Positions 50,121 to 59,172 of a DNA stretch of 61,166 bases are shown piece after piece. Each line of letters begins with the position of its first letter. Within the stretch, counting starts at the first letter, position 1. Both the position numbers and the translations under genes were made by a program. The notes under the pieces are model-generated. The model was not told the DNA's origin. It worked only from the letters and a program-made list of their open reading frames with translations, and did not search any database. The DNA is taken from IMG/VR virus record IMGVR_UViG_3300034161_000007, positions 1 to 61,166 of that record. One strand, written 5' to 3'. The DNA is from a virus. Its lineage: Duplodnaviria > Caudoviricetes.

Positions 50121-51102
50121 AGAATTGAGTTTTTCCAGCGAGGCAGAATGGTTGGAAATGCGTAAAAAAGATGTAACTAGCACTGAGTGCTCTGCGCTTT
50201 TCGGTTGCTCGCCTTACTCCACGACCTACCAGTTGTATCACGAAAAAATCGGGCAACTAGCAATTGCATTTGAAGTCAACGAGCGCATGGTTTGGGGTAA
50301 TCGCCTTGAGTCAGCAATCGCTCACGGCATCGCCGAAGACTTCGGTCTTCTGATTGAGCCAATGAAGGTCTACGCCCGTATCCCCGATCTGCGCATGGGC
50401 TCATCGTTCGACTTCAAAATCATCGGCCTGGACGACAACTACACCGGCACCGACGAAACCTACCGCGATGCCTTCCGTGAAAACGGCCCGGGCATCATGG
50501 AAGTGAAGAACGTCGACGGCCTGCAATTCAAGCGCGCCTGGATCGCAGACGATCACATTATGGAAGCGCCGCCGCACATCGAGTTGCAGGTGCAACACCA
50601 GCAAGAAACCGCCGATATGGAATGGACCTTGATCGCGCCGCTGGTCGGTGGTAACGCGCCCATGCCGTTCATGCGCCAGCGGGATCGCGCCATTGGCCGC
50701 GCCATCATCGATAAGGTCGGCGAGTTCTGGCACATGGTCGACACCGGCAAAGCGCCGGCCCCGGACTTCACCCAGGACGGCGATACCATCAGCCGCTTGC
50801 TCTACCAGGACAACGGCGAAGTGGTCGACATGGCCGACAACGCGCGCTTGAAGGAACTGATCGCTTTGCACGAAGCGGCCGGCAAGGAATACAAGGCCGC
50901 CGACGATAAGAAAAGCGCACTCAAGGCTGAGATTCTGACCGTCATCGGTCATGCCGCCAAAGTGCTGGTGCCCGGCTTCAGCATCAGCGCCGGCACCACC
51001 AAGGACAGCGCCGGCACCTTGATAACCCCGGCACACATTGGCCAGCGCATTGGCGGCCGTTCTGGCTACCGCATGATGCGCATCTACACCAAAGCGCAGT
51101 AA
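50113..51102 (+). CDS. YqaJ / lambda-exonuclease-family recombination nuclease
   Basis: EWLEMRK, WGNRLE, SSFDF, MEVKN, QVQHQ. Confidence 0.9.
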   Translation: MREELSFSSEAEWLEMRKKDVTSTECSALFGCSPYSTTYQLYHEKIGQLAIAFEVNERMVWGNRLESAIAHGIAEDFGLLIEPMKVYARIPDLRMGSSFDFKIIGLDDNYTGTDETYRDAFRENGPGIMEVKNVDGLQFKRAWIADDHIMEAPPHIELQVQHQQETADMEWTLIAPLVGGNAPMPFMRQRDRAIGRAIIDKVGEFWHMVDTGKAPAPDFTQDGDTISRLLYQDNGEVVDMADNARLKELIALHEAAGKEYKAADDKKSALKAEILTVIGHAAKVLVPGFSISAGTTKDSAGTLITPAHIGQRIGGRSGYRMMRIYTKAQ

Positions 51103-51129
51103 CCCCTTAACCGTTCCGAGGCTTTCAGC

Positions 51130-52056
51130 ATGAGCACCACCGTAACCACCACCGACGACAAAAAGCCGCTAAGCCCGGCCCAAGGCTTCAAAAAGATGTT
51201 AACCGGTGGCCAGCGCGAGCAGATCGCCGCGCAGCTGCCGCAAGGCATCGATGTCGACCGTTTCATTCGCACCGCGCTGACTGTGGTGAGCATGAACCCG
51301 GAGCTGCTGAACTGCACCCCGACGTCGCTGATGGGCTCGATCATGCTGGCGGCCAAGGACGGCTTACTGCCGGACGGCAAAGAGGCGGTGATTCAGGTCT
51401 ACAACTGCAACGTGGCCAAAAAGAATTGCCCGGCCATTTGGGAGAAACAGGCGCAGTACATGCCCATGGTGCGCGGCCTGATCAACATTCTCTACCGCAC
51501 CGGCGACGTGGCCATGGTCGACGGCGTGGCTGTTCGCGCCAAGGACGTTTTCGAGTACGAGCGCGGTGATCAACCGCGCATTGTGCACAAGCCGTACATG
51601 GGCGCCGACGATGCCGGCCCGGTGATCGCCGCCTACTGCATCATCAAGCTGAACAATGGCGAGGTGAAGCGCGAGGTCATGAACGCCCGCGACATCGCCG
51701 CCGTGCGCAGCATGTCCAAATCGAAGAATGGCCCGGGCTGGAACAACTGGGAGGATCAGTTTGCAATCAAGGCGGTGATCAAACGCGCCTTCAAGCAACT
51801 GCCGACCGACAGCGAAGACCTGAGCCGAGTGATCGAGCACGACAACGCGGCTATGCACTTCGACCTGGAACAAACCAGCGAGCCACTGAAGGTCGAACAT
51901 AAGCCTGGCCAACCGTCGCGCTTGCATACCATCATCGGTCAGACCGCCAAACCCGAGCCTGAGCCGGTGGTTGAACCACAACCCCAACGCACCGAAGAAC
52001 CTGTTTACTTCGGCGAAGAACCTAACCTGGACGAGTGCCCACCGTATGACCGCTGA
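51130..52056 (+). CDS. recT: RecT-family ssDNA annealing protein
   Basis: DRFIRTAL, LLNCTPTSL, GLLPDG, AIKAVIKRAFKQLP. Confidence 0.92.
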   Translation: MSTTVTTTDDKKPLSPAQGFKKMLTGGQREQIAAQLPQGIDVDRFIRTALTVVSMNPELLNCTPTSLMGSIMLAAKDGLLPDGKEAVIQVYNCNVAKKNCPAIWEKQAQYMPMVRGLINILYRTGDVAMVDGVAVRAKDVFEYERGDQPRIVHKPYMGADDAGPVIAAYCIIKLNNGEVKREVMNARDIAAVRSMSKSKNGPGWNNWEDQFAIKAVIKRAFKQLPTDSEDLSRVIEHDNAAMHFDLEQTSEPLKVEHKPGQPSRLHTIIGQTAKPEPEPVVEPQPQRTEEPVYFGEEPNLDECPPYDR

Positions 52057-52336
52057 AACTGAAGACCGCGTGCTGACGCAGGTTGAACTGGCCGAGCGCT
52101 GGAACCTGACCCCGCGCACCCTGCAAAACTGGTTCAACGAGGGCAAAGGCCCGAAACGCGTGATCCTCGGCAAGCCCGGCTATCTGTTGAGCGATGTCAT
52201 TGCCTACGAGGCCCAGCAAGCAGAAGAGCCTGGCACCCGCCGCGATGACAAACCAAAGCGCACGCTGCCCGAAGGCATGAGCGAACTTGGCGTTAGCGCT
52301 CGCAAGGCCAAGCGCGACGCCAAAACCACCAAGTAA
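52046..52336 (+). CDS. Excisionase-like HTH protein
   Basis: LTQVELAERWNLTPRTLQNW...GKGP...YLLSDVIAYE. Confidence 0.8.
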   Translation: MTAETEDRVLTQVELAERWNLTPRTLQNWFNEGKGPKRVILGKPGYLLSDVIAYEAQQAEEPGTRRDDKPKRTLPEGMSELGVSARKAKRDAKTTK

Positions 52337-52373
52337 GCCGTTTAACCCCAACGACACGCAGAGGCATCACGAC

Positions 52374-53528
52374 ATGGCAGCCAGAAAACCAAAAGCAGCG
52401 GACGCCGCCGCTGACACCACCGTTGAAACCCCGGTCACCGACCTGATCAAGCTGCCGGAGATTTCCGCCGAGAAGGCTCCGACGATCTTCGGGCATAACA
52501 GCTTGAAGCAATTCGTCGACGCTGCCCGCGCCGCGGTGATCAACGAAGTGCCGGACCTGAGCACTGACAAAGGCCGCAAGCGTATCGCCTCACTGGCGGC
52601 CACCGTTGCGCGCTCCAAGACGGCGGTTGACGATGCCGGCCGGCTGTACCTGAAGAAGCTCAAAGAGCAGCCGAAGGTGATCGAGGCCGAGCTACGCCAG
52701 TTTGAAACCGATATGAATGCCCTGCGTGATGAGGTGCGCAAGCCGCTGAACGAATGGCAAGCCGAGCGCGACGCCGAAGAGGATCGCCTGCAATCCGCCG
52801 TCGACCAGGTGGTGGCGCGCTTCACCCTGGCCGCTGACGCCACCGCTGACGAAATCCGCGAGGCTCTGACCATATTGCTGGAAGAGCGACCAACAGAAGA
52901 GGTGTTCGGCCACCGCCTGGAAGAAGCCGAAACCAAGCGCGAGTATGGCCGTACCCTACTGACCGAGCAGCTGGCCAAGCGTCAGCAGTACGAAAACGAG
53001 CAGGCCGAGCTGGTCGAAAACCGTCGCAAGATCGCCGAACTTGAAGAGCAGAAGCGCATCAAGGACGCCGCCGACCTGGCAGTGGCCAACGAGCGCACCC
53101 GCGTCGAGCAGGAACAACAGCAGAAGCGCGACGACGATGCACGCCGTGTTCGTGAAGCCGAGCAGGCTACCCGCCTGGCTGAACAGAACCGCATAGCGGC
53201 CGAGCAGCGCCTGGAAGATGAGCGCCGCCAATCACAGCAGCGCGAACAAAAAGCCGCTGACGATGCCCGGCAAAAGGTGCTGGACGATCAGGCCGGCCGC
53301 GAGCGCGAGCAGCAACGCCTGGCTGATCAGCAGCGCCGCGACGATGAAGCCCGTGCCGCCAACCGCGCGCATTGCGGTGCGATCAACAAGGCCGCGCTCG
53401 AAGCCCTGTTAGCCGTCAACCTGTCCGGTGAAGATCAGCCGGAGAGCTTCATGTCGCAAGCCGAAGCCAAGGCCATTATCACCGCAATCATCAAGCAGCA
53501 AATCCCAGCCGTCACCATCACTTACTAA
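52374..53528 (+). CDS. Long coiled-coil protein typical of phage recombination operons
   Basis: PDLSTDKGRKRIASLAATVARSKT...RKPLNEW; E/Q/R coiled coil; IPAVTITY end. Confidence 0.8.
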   Translation: MAARKPKAADAAADTTVETPVTDLIKLPEISAEKAPTIFGHNSLKQFVDAARAAVINEVPDLSTDKGRKRIASLAATVARSKTAVDDAGRLYLKKLKEQPKVIEAELRQFETDMNALRDEVRKPLNEWQAERDAEEDRLQSAVDQVVARFTLAADATADEIREALTILLEERPTEEVFGHRLEEAETKREYGRTLLTEQLAKRQQYENEQAELVENRRKIAELEEQKRIKDAADLAVANERTRVEQEQQQKRDDDARRVREAEQATRLAEQNRIAAEQRLEDERRQSQQREQKAADDARQKVLDDQAGREREQQRLADQQRRDDEARAANRAHCGAINKAALEALLAVNLSGEDQPESFMSQAEAKAIITAIIKQQIPAVTITY

Positions 53529-53571
53529 TCAACCCTGACCGGCGCCTATGGGCGCCCCTTGAGGCATCTGC

Positions 53572-54291
53572 ATGCAACCGATTGCCCGCGTTAACCCGAA
53601 ATACTTCGCCGCGATGAACGTGTTCCGCGCCGAGCGTGACGTGCGTTATTACCTGGAGGGCATCTTTATCGAGCCGCACCCGGTCAAAGGTGTGATCCTG
53701 GTTGCCACCGACGGTCATACCCTCAGCGTGATTCACGACCCAGACGGCTGGACCGCCGCCCCGGTGATTGTCGGCGGCATCAGCAAGAAGCTGATCAGCG
53801 CATGTGCATCTAAGGGCATCGAGCACCGCATGACCGTGCCAAAACTGCTCTACATCAGCCAACAAGGCGCTGTCGTGACCGGTGACAGCCAGGTATTCGA
53901 CGAGGTAAACCCGTTCGGCCCGCTCGCTTTGCACATGAGCAAGATCGACATCGTCGACGGCAAGTTTCCTGACTGGCGCCGGGTAGTCGGCATGAAACGC
54001 GATGATGTCCCGGCGTTCCCATGCGTCAACGCCGTGTATCTGGCACGACTTGAGGCGGTAGCTAAGCTGCTGATCCCCAACCACAAGTATGGCCAGGGTA
54101 TTGAACTGATCCCGGCCGGGCGCGCTCAATCGATGATTTGCCGCTTCACCAGCAACGACCTGGAAAACCGCTTTCTCGCCTTGATCATGCCGATGCACAA
54201 CGACGCACCTAAAACCCCGCTACCTGACTGGCTGATGCCGAAGGCTGAAACCATCACCGAACCAAAAACCACAGAGGCACAACCATGCTGA
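53572..54291 (+). CDS. DNA polymerase III beta-clamp-like protein (two of three domains)
   Basis: RYYLEGIFIE, LVATDGHTL, DGKFPDWRRVV, ALIMPM. Confidence 0.8.
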   Translation: MQPIARVNPKYFAAMNVFRAERDVRYYLEGIFIEPHPVKGVILVATDGHTLSVIHDPDGWTAAPVIVGGISKKLISACASKGIEHRMTVPKLLYISQQGAVVTGDSQVFDEVNPFGPLALHMSKIDIVDGKFPDWRRVVGMKRDDVPAFPCVNAVYLARLEAVAKLLIPNHKYGQGIELIPAGRAQSMICRFTSNDLENRFLALIMPMHNDAPKTPLPDWLMPKAETITEPKTTEAQPC

Positions 54292-54710
54292 ACTTTAAAA
54301 CGCTGACCGCCCCGCAAAAAGCCATGTACCTGGTGCTGGTAAGGCTGAGCCAATTCCGAAAAACTGAAGTGCCTGAACTGGCCGACGGCGCAGCCATCGC
54401 TGAACTGTATGCCACCGAATACGCCAACGACGATGGCTATTTTCAGGACGCGCGCAACGAAACCCGCAATGGTATTGAGGTGCCAGAAATAACCAAAGGT
54501 TCGCCGTGCAGCCGAAATTACGAGTTTGACGCCAACGTGGGCAAGCTACCGGACGGCTCCTATGTCGGCTGGTGGTTCGCCTACGGCGGCGGTAAGCATA
54601 GCGAACCGGACTATGCCATTGACTGGGTAGCTGATGCCTTCGACGTGACGCACGCGGCTGAAGAGGTGACGATTACCAAGCACACCTTTACCAAGGTTGA
54701 GCCAGCATGA
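54285..54710 (+). CDS. Hypothetical protein
   Basis: Coupled ORF (SRNYE, VGWWFAYGGGKHSEP...IDW). Confidence 0.75.
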   Translation: MLNFKTLTAPQKAMYLVLVRLSQFRKTEVPELADGAAIAELYATEYANDDGYFQDARNETRNGIEVPEITKGSPCSRNYEFDANVGKLPDGSYVGWWFAYGGGKHSEPDYAIDWVADAFDVTHAAEEVTITKHTFTKVEPA

Positions 54711-55057
54711 ACATTAACAGCCGTAACGGCCGCATCATTATCGATGGTCGTGAGTTTTCTGGTCAGTCGGTCAGCATTGTCGGCAACAAGGTAATCGTTG
54801 ACGGCGTGGAGCAGTCCGGCTCGCTGATCGGCCCAGTGAGTATTCAGGTACACGGCGATGTCGAGCGCCTTGACGCCTCGTCGGGCAGCGTCACCGTCAG
54901 TGGCGCATGCGGCCAGGTAAAAACAATGAGCGGTGATGTTCATTGCGGCGCGGTGACTGGCGACGTCGGCACCATGTCCGGCGATGTTACCTGCACAAAG
55001 GTCGGCGGCAATGTCAAAACCATGTCCGGCGACATAAATGGCCGGGCGCACCTGTAA
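54707..55057 (+). CDS. Small beta-solenoid protein
   Basis: Repeated GxVxTMSGDV units. Confidence 0.75.
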   Translation: MNINSRNGRIIIDGREFSGQSVSIVGNKVIVDGVEQSGSLIGPVSIQVHGDVERLDASSGSVTVSGACGQVKTMSGDVHCGAVTGDVGTMSGDVTCTKVGGNVKTMSGDINGRAHL

Positions 55058-55100
55058 CCAACAACCGGGCGCTTCAGCGCCCAACCCTCAAGGCGACCCC

Positions 55101-55277
55101 ATGTTTGAAGCCCCACAAGGCAAGCCATGCCCCCGTTGCGGTGAGCCGCTGAGCAATATCGGCTCGCAGTTTCAACGCCATTGCACCAATGGTCAGTGCC
55201 GATCGATCTGGCCTTGGGAGCTGGCGCCAGGGCAGAAGCCGTTGCACAGCAGCAACCGCGACACCCGCACGCCATGA
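55101..55277 (+). CDS. Small Zn-ribbon protein
   Basis: CPRCG...CTNGQC. Confidence 0.55.
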   Translation: MFEAPQGKPCPRCGEPLSNIGSQFQRHCTNGQCRSIWPWELAPGQKPLHSSNRDTRTP

Positions 55278-55411
55278 AAAAGAAATCATGGTTCGTGCGG
55301 GTGCCAGGTTACGCCGTGTTCCAGATGGGCAGCGGCGACAGCATCAGCCATGCCGAAGCCCTGTATGCAGCGCGACTGATCTGGCCGCGCGGTGACATCG
55401 AAGTCTTTTAA
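55274..55411 (+). CDS. Small hypothetical protein (45 aa)
   Basis: ATGA-coupled. Confidence 0.5.
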   Translation: MKKKSWFVRVPGYAVFQMGSGDSISHAEALYAARLIWPRGDIEVF

Positions 55412-55426
55412 CTTTAGAGGTGATCT

Positions 55427-56131
55427 ATGAGCCATCCAATACCGCAAGAACTCCGCGACCGCTTCGACCAGATCGAACGCGACATCATGGGCAACAAGAT
55501 GGCCCGCGATGCCGTATTCACGCAGATGCGCACAGCGGTGCAATGCTACTTCGTTGATCACCCGGTCAAACCGCCAGCCTGCGCGACCTGCCAAGATAAC
55601 GGGGTGATTGGCTGGACCACCGGGCAGACGCCGGAATCGTTCGACCAGGGCGAGGCACCTTGTCCAGACTGCCAGCCATTCCCTATGGATTGCCGCAGCA
55701 GCTTGCCTAAATACCGCGCCGTACCGACCAAGCAGCTAATGCACATCCTTGGCTTGATCGATCCGCCGCCGTTCACCCGGAAAGAAGACGGTGCCACACT
55801 GGTGTTCAAGAACCCGATGGCCGCCGAAGTCCTGACCGCGATCAGTGCCGAGGTGCGGGCCATGATGGACGAGCCGGCGCCGCAACCCGTGCCGGGCGTG
55901 ACCTGGGAAGCGCAGGGCGATGCGAACATGTACATGCTGTTCAAGGATGATGAGTGGTTGGCATCCGTGCACATGAATGGCCAGTACCTGGTCGCCCAGC
56001 ATGAGCTGTTTTTGAATAGCTTCGCCGGCCCGCACAAGTGCACCGTGCCCCCTACCGGCTGGATCTGCTCGCGCCGGCAAGGTCACAGCGGCCCGTGTGC
56101 TGCTACTGAAGACGCGCAACGTCCACGATAA
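55427..56131 (+). CDS. Mosaic hypothetical protein with Cys motifs
   Basis: GAGG RBS; CATCQDNG...CPDC; CTVPPTGWICSR..GHSGPCAA. Confidence 0.7.
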   Translation: MSHPIPQELRDRFDQIERDIMGNKMARDAVFTQMRTAVQCYFVDHPVKPPACATCQDNGVIGWTTGQTPESFDQGEAPCPDCQPFPMDCRSSLPKYRAVPTKQLMHILGLIDPPPFTRKEDGATLVFKNPMAAEVLTAISAEVRAMMDEPAPQPVPGVTWEAQGDANMYMLFKDDEWLASVHMNGQYLVAQHELFLNSFAGPHKCTVPPTGWICSRRQGHSGPCAATEDAQRPR

Positions 56132-56654
56132 GGATCAGGCGCGGGGCGGCGCCTCGGTTCCAGGCCGAGTGCTGCACCCGCGCACTGTCGAACATCAGCG
56201 CTTCACCGTCGCGCCAGGTCCGCACCTGGCCGTCGACCATCAGCCCGCAATCGTCCGGGCAATCCAGCCCGATATGAATACGCCACACCGCGCCGATCCA
56301 TTCTTCATTGTCGATATGGGGAATCAGTTCGCAGCCAGGCACCGACAGCGAGAACATCGCCGACACCACTTGCGGGTTATTGATTGCCTCGGCGGTGACC
56401 GGTACGCGCTCCAGGATTTCCGCCGCATACGCCAAGCCGTGCCCGGCATTCACCGTCTGCCCTTGCCACTTCAGCGGCAAGATGAACAGGCGGATATCCT
56501 CGGCGTTCTGAATGTCCACTTCCGGGCTCTTGAAAAATGAGCCTATCTCGGCACGCGCTTCCTGGCGCAAGGCTTGCCATTGACTGCGCAAACCCTCCAC
56601 CAGCGGCACCAGGGCGGGATGGTCGCGGTAATCGAGAAAGCCACTCAAGGCCAA
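56103..56654 (-). CDS. Aspartyl/asparaginyl beta-hydroxylase-family 2OG-Fe(II) dioxygenase
   Basis: AMFSL..PG..LIPHID (HxD), RIHIGL, WRDGEALMFD, HSAWN, RLILIVD. Confidence 0.88.
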   Translation of the reverse strand: MALSGFLDYRDHPALVPLVEGLRSQWQALRQEARAEIGSFFKSPEVDIQNAEDIRLFILPLKWQGQTVNAGHGLAYAAEILERVPVTAEAINNPQVVSAMFSLSVPGCELIPHIDNEEWIGAVWRIHIGLDCPDDCGLMVDGQVRTWRDGEALMFDSARVQHSAWNRGAAPRLILIVDVARLQ

Positions 56655-57112
56655 TTCGACTCAAGCAAACGCTTTTCAATACGCGTCGACGGCGCGCTGG
56701 CGTTGCTGACGCTGCGATAGAGCGCGATGCCCTCACTGATCAGGGTGATGTCGTGCGACGGCACCTTGAGCACTGTCATGGCCTCGGCAAATATTTCATC
56801 GGCACGCTGGCGGGTGATCGGCGTCAGCTTGCCGTCGACCATGATCGACAGGTATTCACACAGGATGTCGTGCACCACGGCGGCCTGGCCGTAGGCGCCC
56901 CAGGGCGGAATGATTGACCAGAAGATGCGCGGCACGCTGGCGCCGTCAGTCAAGTAGCCGGCCGGGACGGTGATCCAGCGCTTGGAGTTTTCGGTGCCGA
57001 TGTAGTAGCGAAAGCTTTCGGTCACTCGCCAATGGTCATGACCGAGAGCATCACTCGCGGCCTTGTCGTATTGAATACGCAACGGCGCCGAGAACGCCGT
57101 GAAGCTGCTCAC
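56645..57112 (-). CDS. DUF1353-family protein
   Basis: VPAGYLTDGASVP, AAVVHDILC, RADEIFAEAM. Confidence 0.85.
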   Translation of the reverse strand: MSSFTAFSAPLRIQYDKAASDALGHDHWRVTESFRYYIGTENSKRWITVPAGYLTDGASVPRIFWSIIPPWGAYGQAAVVHDILCEYLSIMVDGKLTPITRQRADEIFAEAMTVLKVPSHDITLISEGIALYRSVSNASAPSTRIEKRLLESNWP

Positions 57113-57645
57113 AGCCTGTTACCCAGCATGGCGGTCTTCTCTTTGCTGCCAGCCGATGTACCAAACCGGAAGTTCAGCACCTGCGTGAAGGCAGCGGTCA
57201 AGCAGCCGATCATCATCATCACCACGTCGCGCATCGAGGTAGGAATATCGATGGATTGCGTCAAGATGATGGCTAGCACACAGAAGAACGCGATCACCAC
57301 CATGTAGGTTAGGGTCGGCGTAGACCAGTCGCGCACCGTCGTGTACATCTGCCGGGCGCTGTCGCGATCATTGGCGGCGATCTGCTCAAGGGCTTGGCTG
57401 TTCTGGAAGCCGAGCGCCTGCATCTTCTCCGCAAAGTCGTTGTCGGCGGTCTTCAGCGCCAGCAACTGATCCGGCGTCGCGCCGCCAATGGCCTGGGCGA
57501 TAGCCTCGGTGGTGGCCTTGACGTCAGAACCGAAGGCCTGACTCACTTGCACCGCTGCCATGCCCACCAGCGCCGGGACACCACCGGTAGCCGCCGCACC
57601 AATCCACGGAGCTACCGTGCTCAACATCTTTTGCCAGTCCGCCAT
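57109..57645 (-). CDS. Holin-like membrane protein of the lysis cassette
   Basis: VAPWIG N-terminal amphipathic helix, DRDSARQM, two C-terminal TMs, FRFGTSAGSKEK. Confidence 0.7.
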   Translation of the reverse strand: MADWQKMLSTVAPWIGAAATGGVPALVGMAAVQVSQAFGSDVKATTEAIAQAIGGATPDQLLALKTADNDFAEKMQALGFQNSQALEQIAANDRDSARQMYTTVRDWSTPTLTYMVVIAFFCVLAIILTQSIDIPTSMRDVVMMMIGCLTAAFTQVLNFRFGTSAGSKEKTAMLGNRL

Positions 57646-57657
57646 GCTGTCATCCCC

Positions 57658-58245
57658 TTAGCTGTACCGGGCAAACGCCTCGGCGAGTTTGGTGTCGTAC
57701 TTGTTAATCAAATAATTGGCGCCGTTATAAAGGCGTGCACACATGGCCCAATCCTGGGCGCGCAAGGCCTTGAGCAAGTTAGCGTCGGACTGGATGTAAC
57801 GCACAAAGCTGTCGAGGTGCGCGGCCGAGCTTTTGAACATGGCGTTGACGAAGTCCTGGACACTGGCGTAACCGCAACGTTTCCAGTTGAAGCCCATCAC
57901 CTGGAAGGCGCCGTAGCTGGCCGATTCCAGGGCCGCCGCGCGATGAATCTTCACCGCGTCATCCATGCGCGCCCATTCCTTGGCGCTGGAGCCGTAGCCG
58001 CCTGGGGTTTTGTTTACCAAGTCAGGCCGGGTAACTTCCAGCTGCGCCACCGTCGGACCACTGACGCCAGCGGCCAGCAACTGACGACGGAAAATATGCC
58101 GCTCGAACAGAATCACCGGCCGATCATCGGGCAGGAAGCCCGCACCGCGCGACTCCACTTCAGCAAAGGCGCGAATGGCGGCAACTGGCACGCGCAGAGT
58201 AGCGGCGGCCAGTTCAAAGTCGGCCGCGATCAATGGGGGCTTCAT
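57658..58245 (-). CDS. Endolysin, N-acetylmuramidase (DUF3380) family
   Basis: AEVESRGAGF, ILFERHIF, SASYGAFQVMGFN, ARLYNG, YDTKL. Confidence 0.93.
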   Translation of the reverse strand: MKPPLIAADFELAAATLRVPVAAIRAFAEVESRGAGFLPDDRPVILFERHIFRRQLLAAGVSGPTVAQLEVTRPDLVNKTPGGYGSSAKEWARMDDAVKIHRAAALESASYGAFQVMGFNWKRCGYASVQDFVNAMFKSSAAHLDSFVRYIQSDANLLKALRAQDWAMCARLYNGANYLINKYDTKLAEAFARYS

Positions 58246-58625
58246 GGGGTATTACCTTGGTCAGGCGAAGGGGTGACGCCAAACACCAGCTTGAGGCGGC
58301 CGAGAATGGCTTTCTCGAAAATCTGCATGGCCTGGGCGCCAAGGTGGCCAGTGACTGCGACGCAGATCGCCGTCCATAGCTTGTCAAAATTGGCAATCTC
58401 GCAGGCGTAGAAAGTCAGCACGCCGACGAACACTGATGTGATAAGGCCGGTCATCAAAGTAACCATCGCCGCACTGAAAGACTCCTTACGCTCTCGCATC
58501 GAATTGAGGAACCGCACCAACCCGCCCCACGCGGCAATCAAACACACCCACAAGTAGGTCATCCAACCGTAACCGGTCGGGTCTTTCGCCACGGCCTCAA
58601 CGGCTTGTTTCAGTTCTTCATTCAT
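58242..58625 (-). CDS. Holin (LydA-like, 3 TM)
   Basis: KDP...WGGLVRFL, three hydrophobic helices, GHLGAQA. Confidence 0.85.
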   Translation of the reverse strand: MNEELKQAVEAVAKDPTGYGWMTYLWVCLIAAWGGLVRFLNSMRERKESFSAAMVTLMTGLITSVFVGVLTFYACEIANFDKLWTAICVAVTGHLGAQAMQIFEKAILGRLKLVFGVTPSPDQGNTP

Positions 58626-58947
58626 GCGGCGCCCCTGGCCCGACCAGTAAAATATGGTCAGATAATAGTCTCTATGGTGCTGTTACGAAACCAAATGACG
58701 ACGTAATGGCGGTTCGCCAGAAGGAAAGCAGATAGAAGGGGGGATTTAGGAGGGGGTACATCAGCCGCTAAGCGCAATTCAGTGGCGGCCATCACTGTTC
58801 AGAGGCCCGTTTCGATGCGCCGTCATCGTCACGGACGGCCCGGGGCCGGATCACGCGCCAGTTCCCGAGCCGTATCTGATGAACACCCGGAGGCGCCACC
58901 ATTCGGCAGTGCTATCATACCAGCACTTTCCACCGGAGCACGACCTT

Positions 58948-59172
58948 ATGCTGTCTGACTTTCTCGGCCTTGGCGTGCTCGCCACCGTCATCGGCGCCTT
59001 TATCTACACGCAGGTGCCGCCGCACTGGCAAAGCCTTGGCGGCTTCCTGCTGATCGTCTTCGGCTGGCTCCCGGTTGGCATCCTTGCCATCTGCCTGTTC
59101 AAAGCGCCGGTGATGATGGTTCCGGCGCTGATTGTGGTGGTGGCCCTTATTGCCCCCCGGAAGACCGCTTAA
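58948..59172 (+). CDS. Small very hydrophobic membrane protein, antisense to the late genes
   Basis: GGAG RBS; about 3 TM segments in 74 aa. Confidence 0.65.
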   Translation: MLSDFLGLGVLATVIGAFIYTQVPPHWQSLGGFLLIVFGWLPVGILAICLFKAPVMMVPALIVVVALIAPRKTA

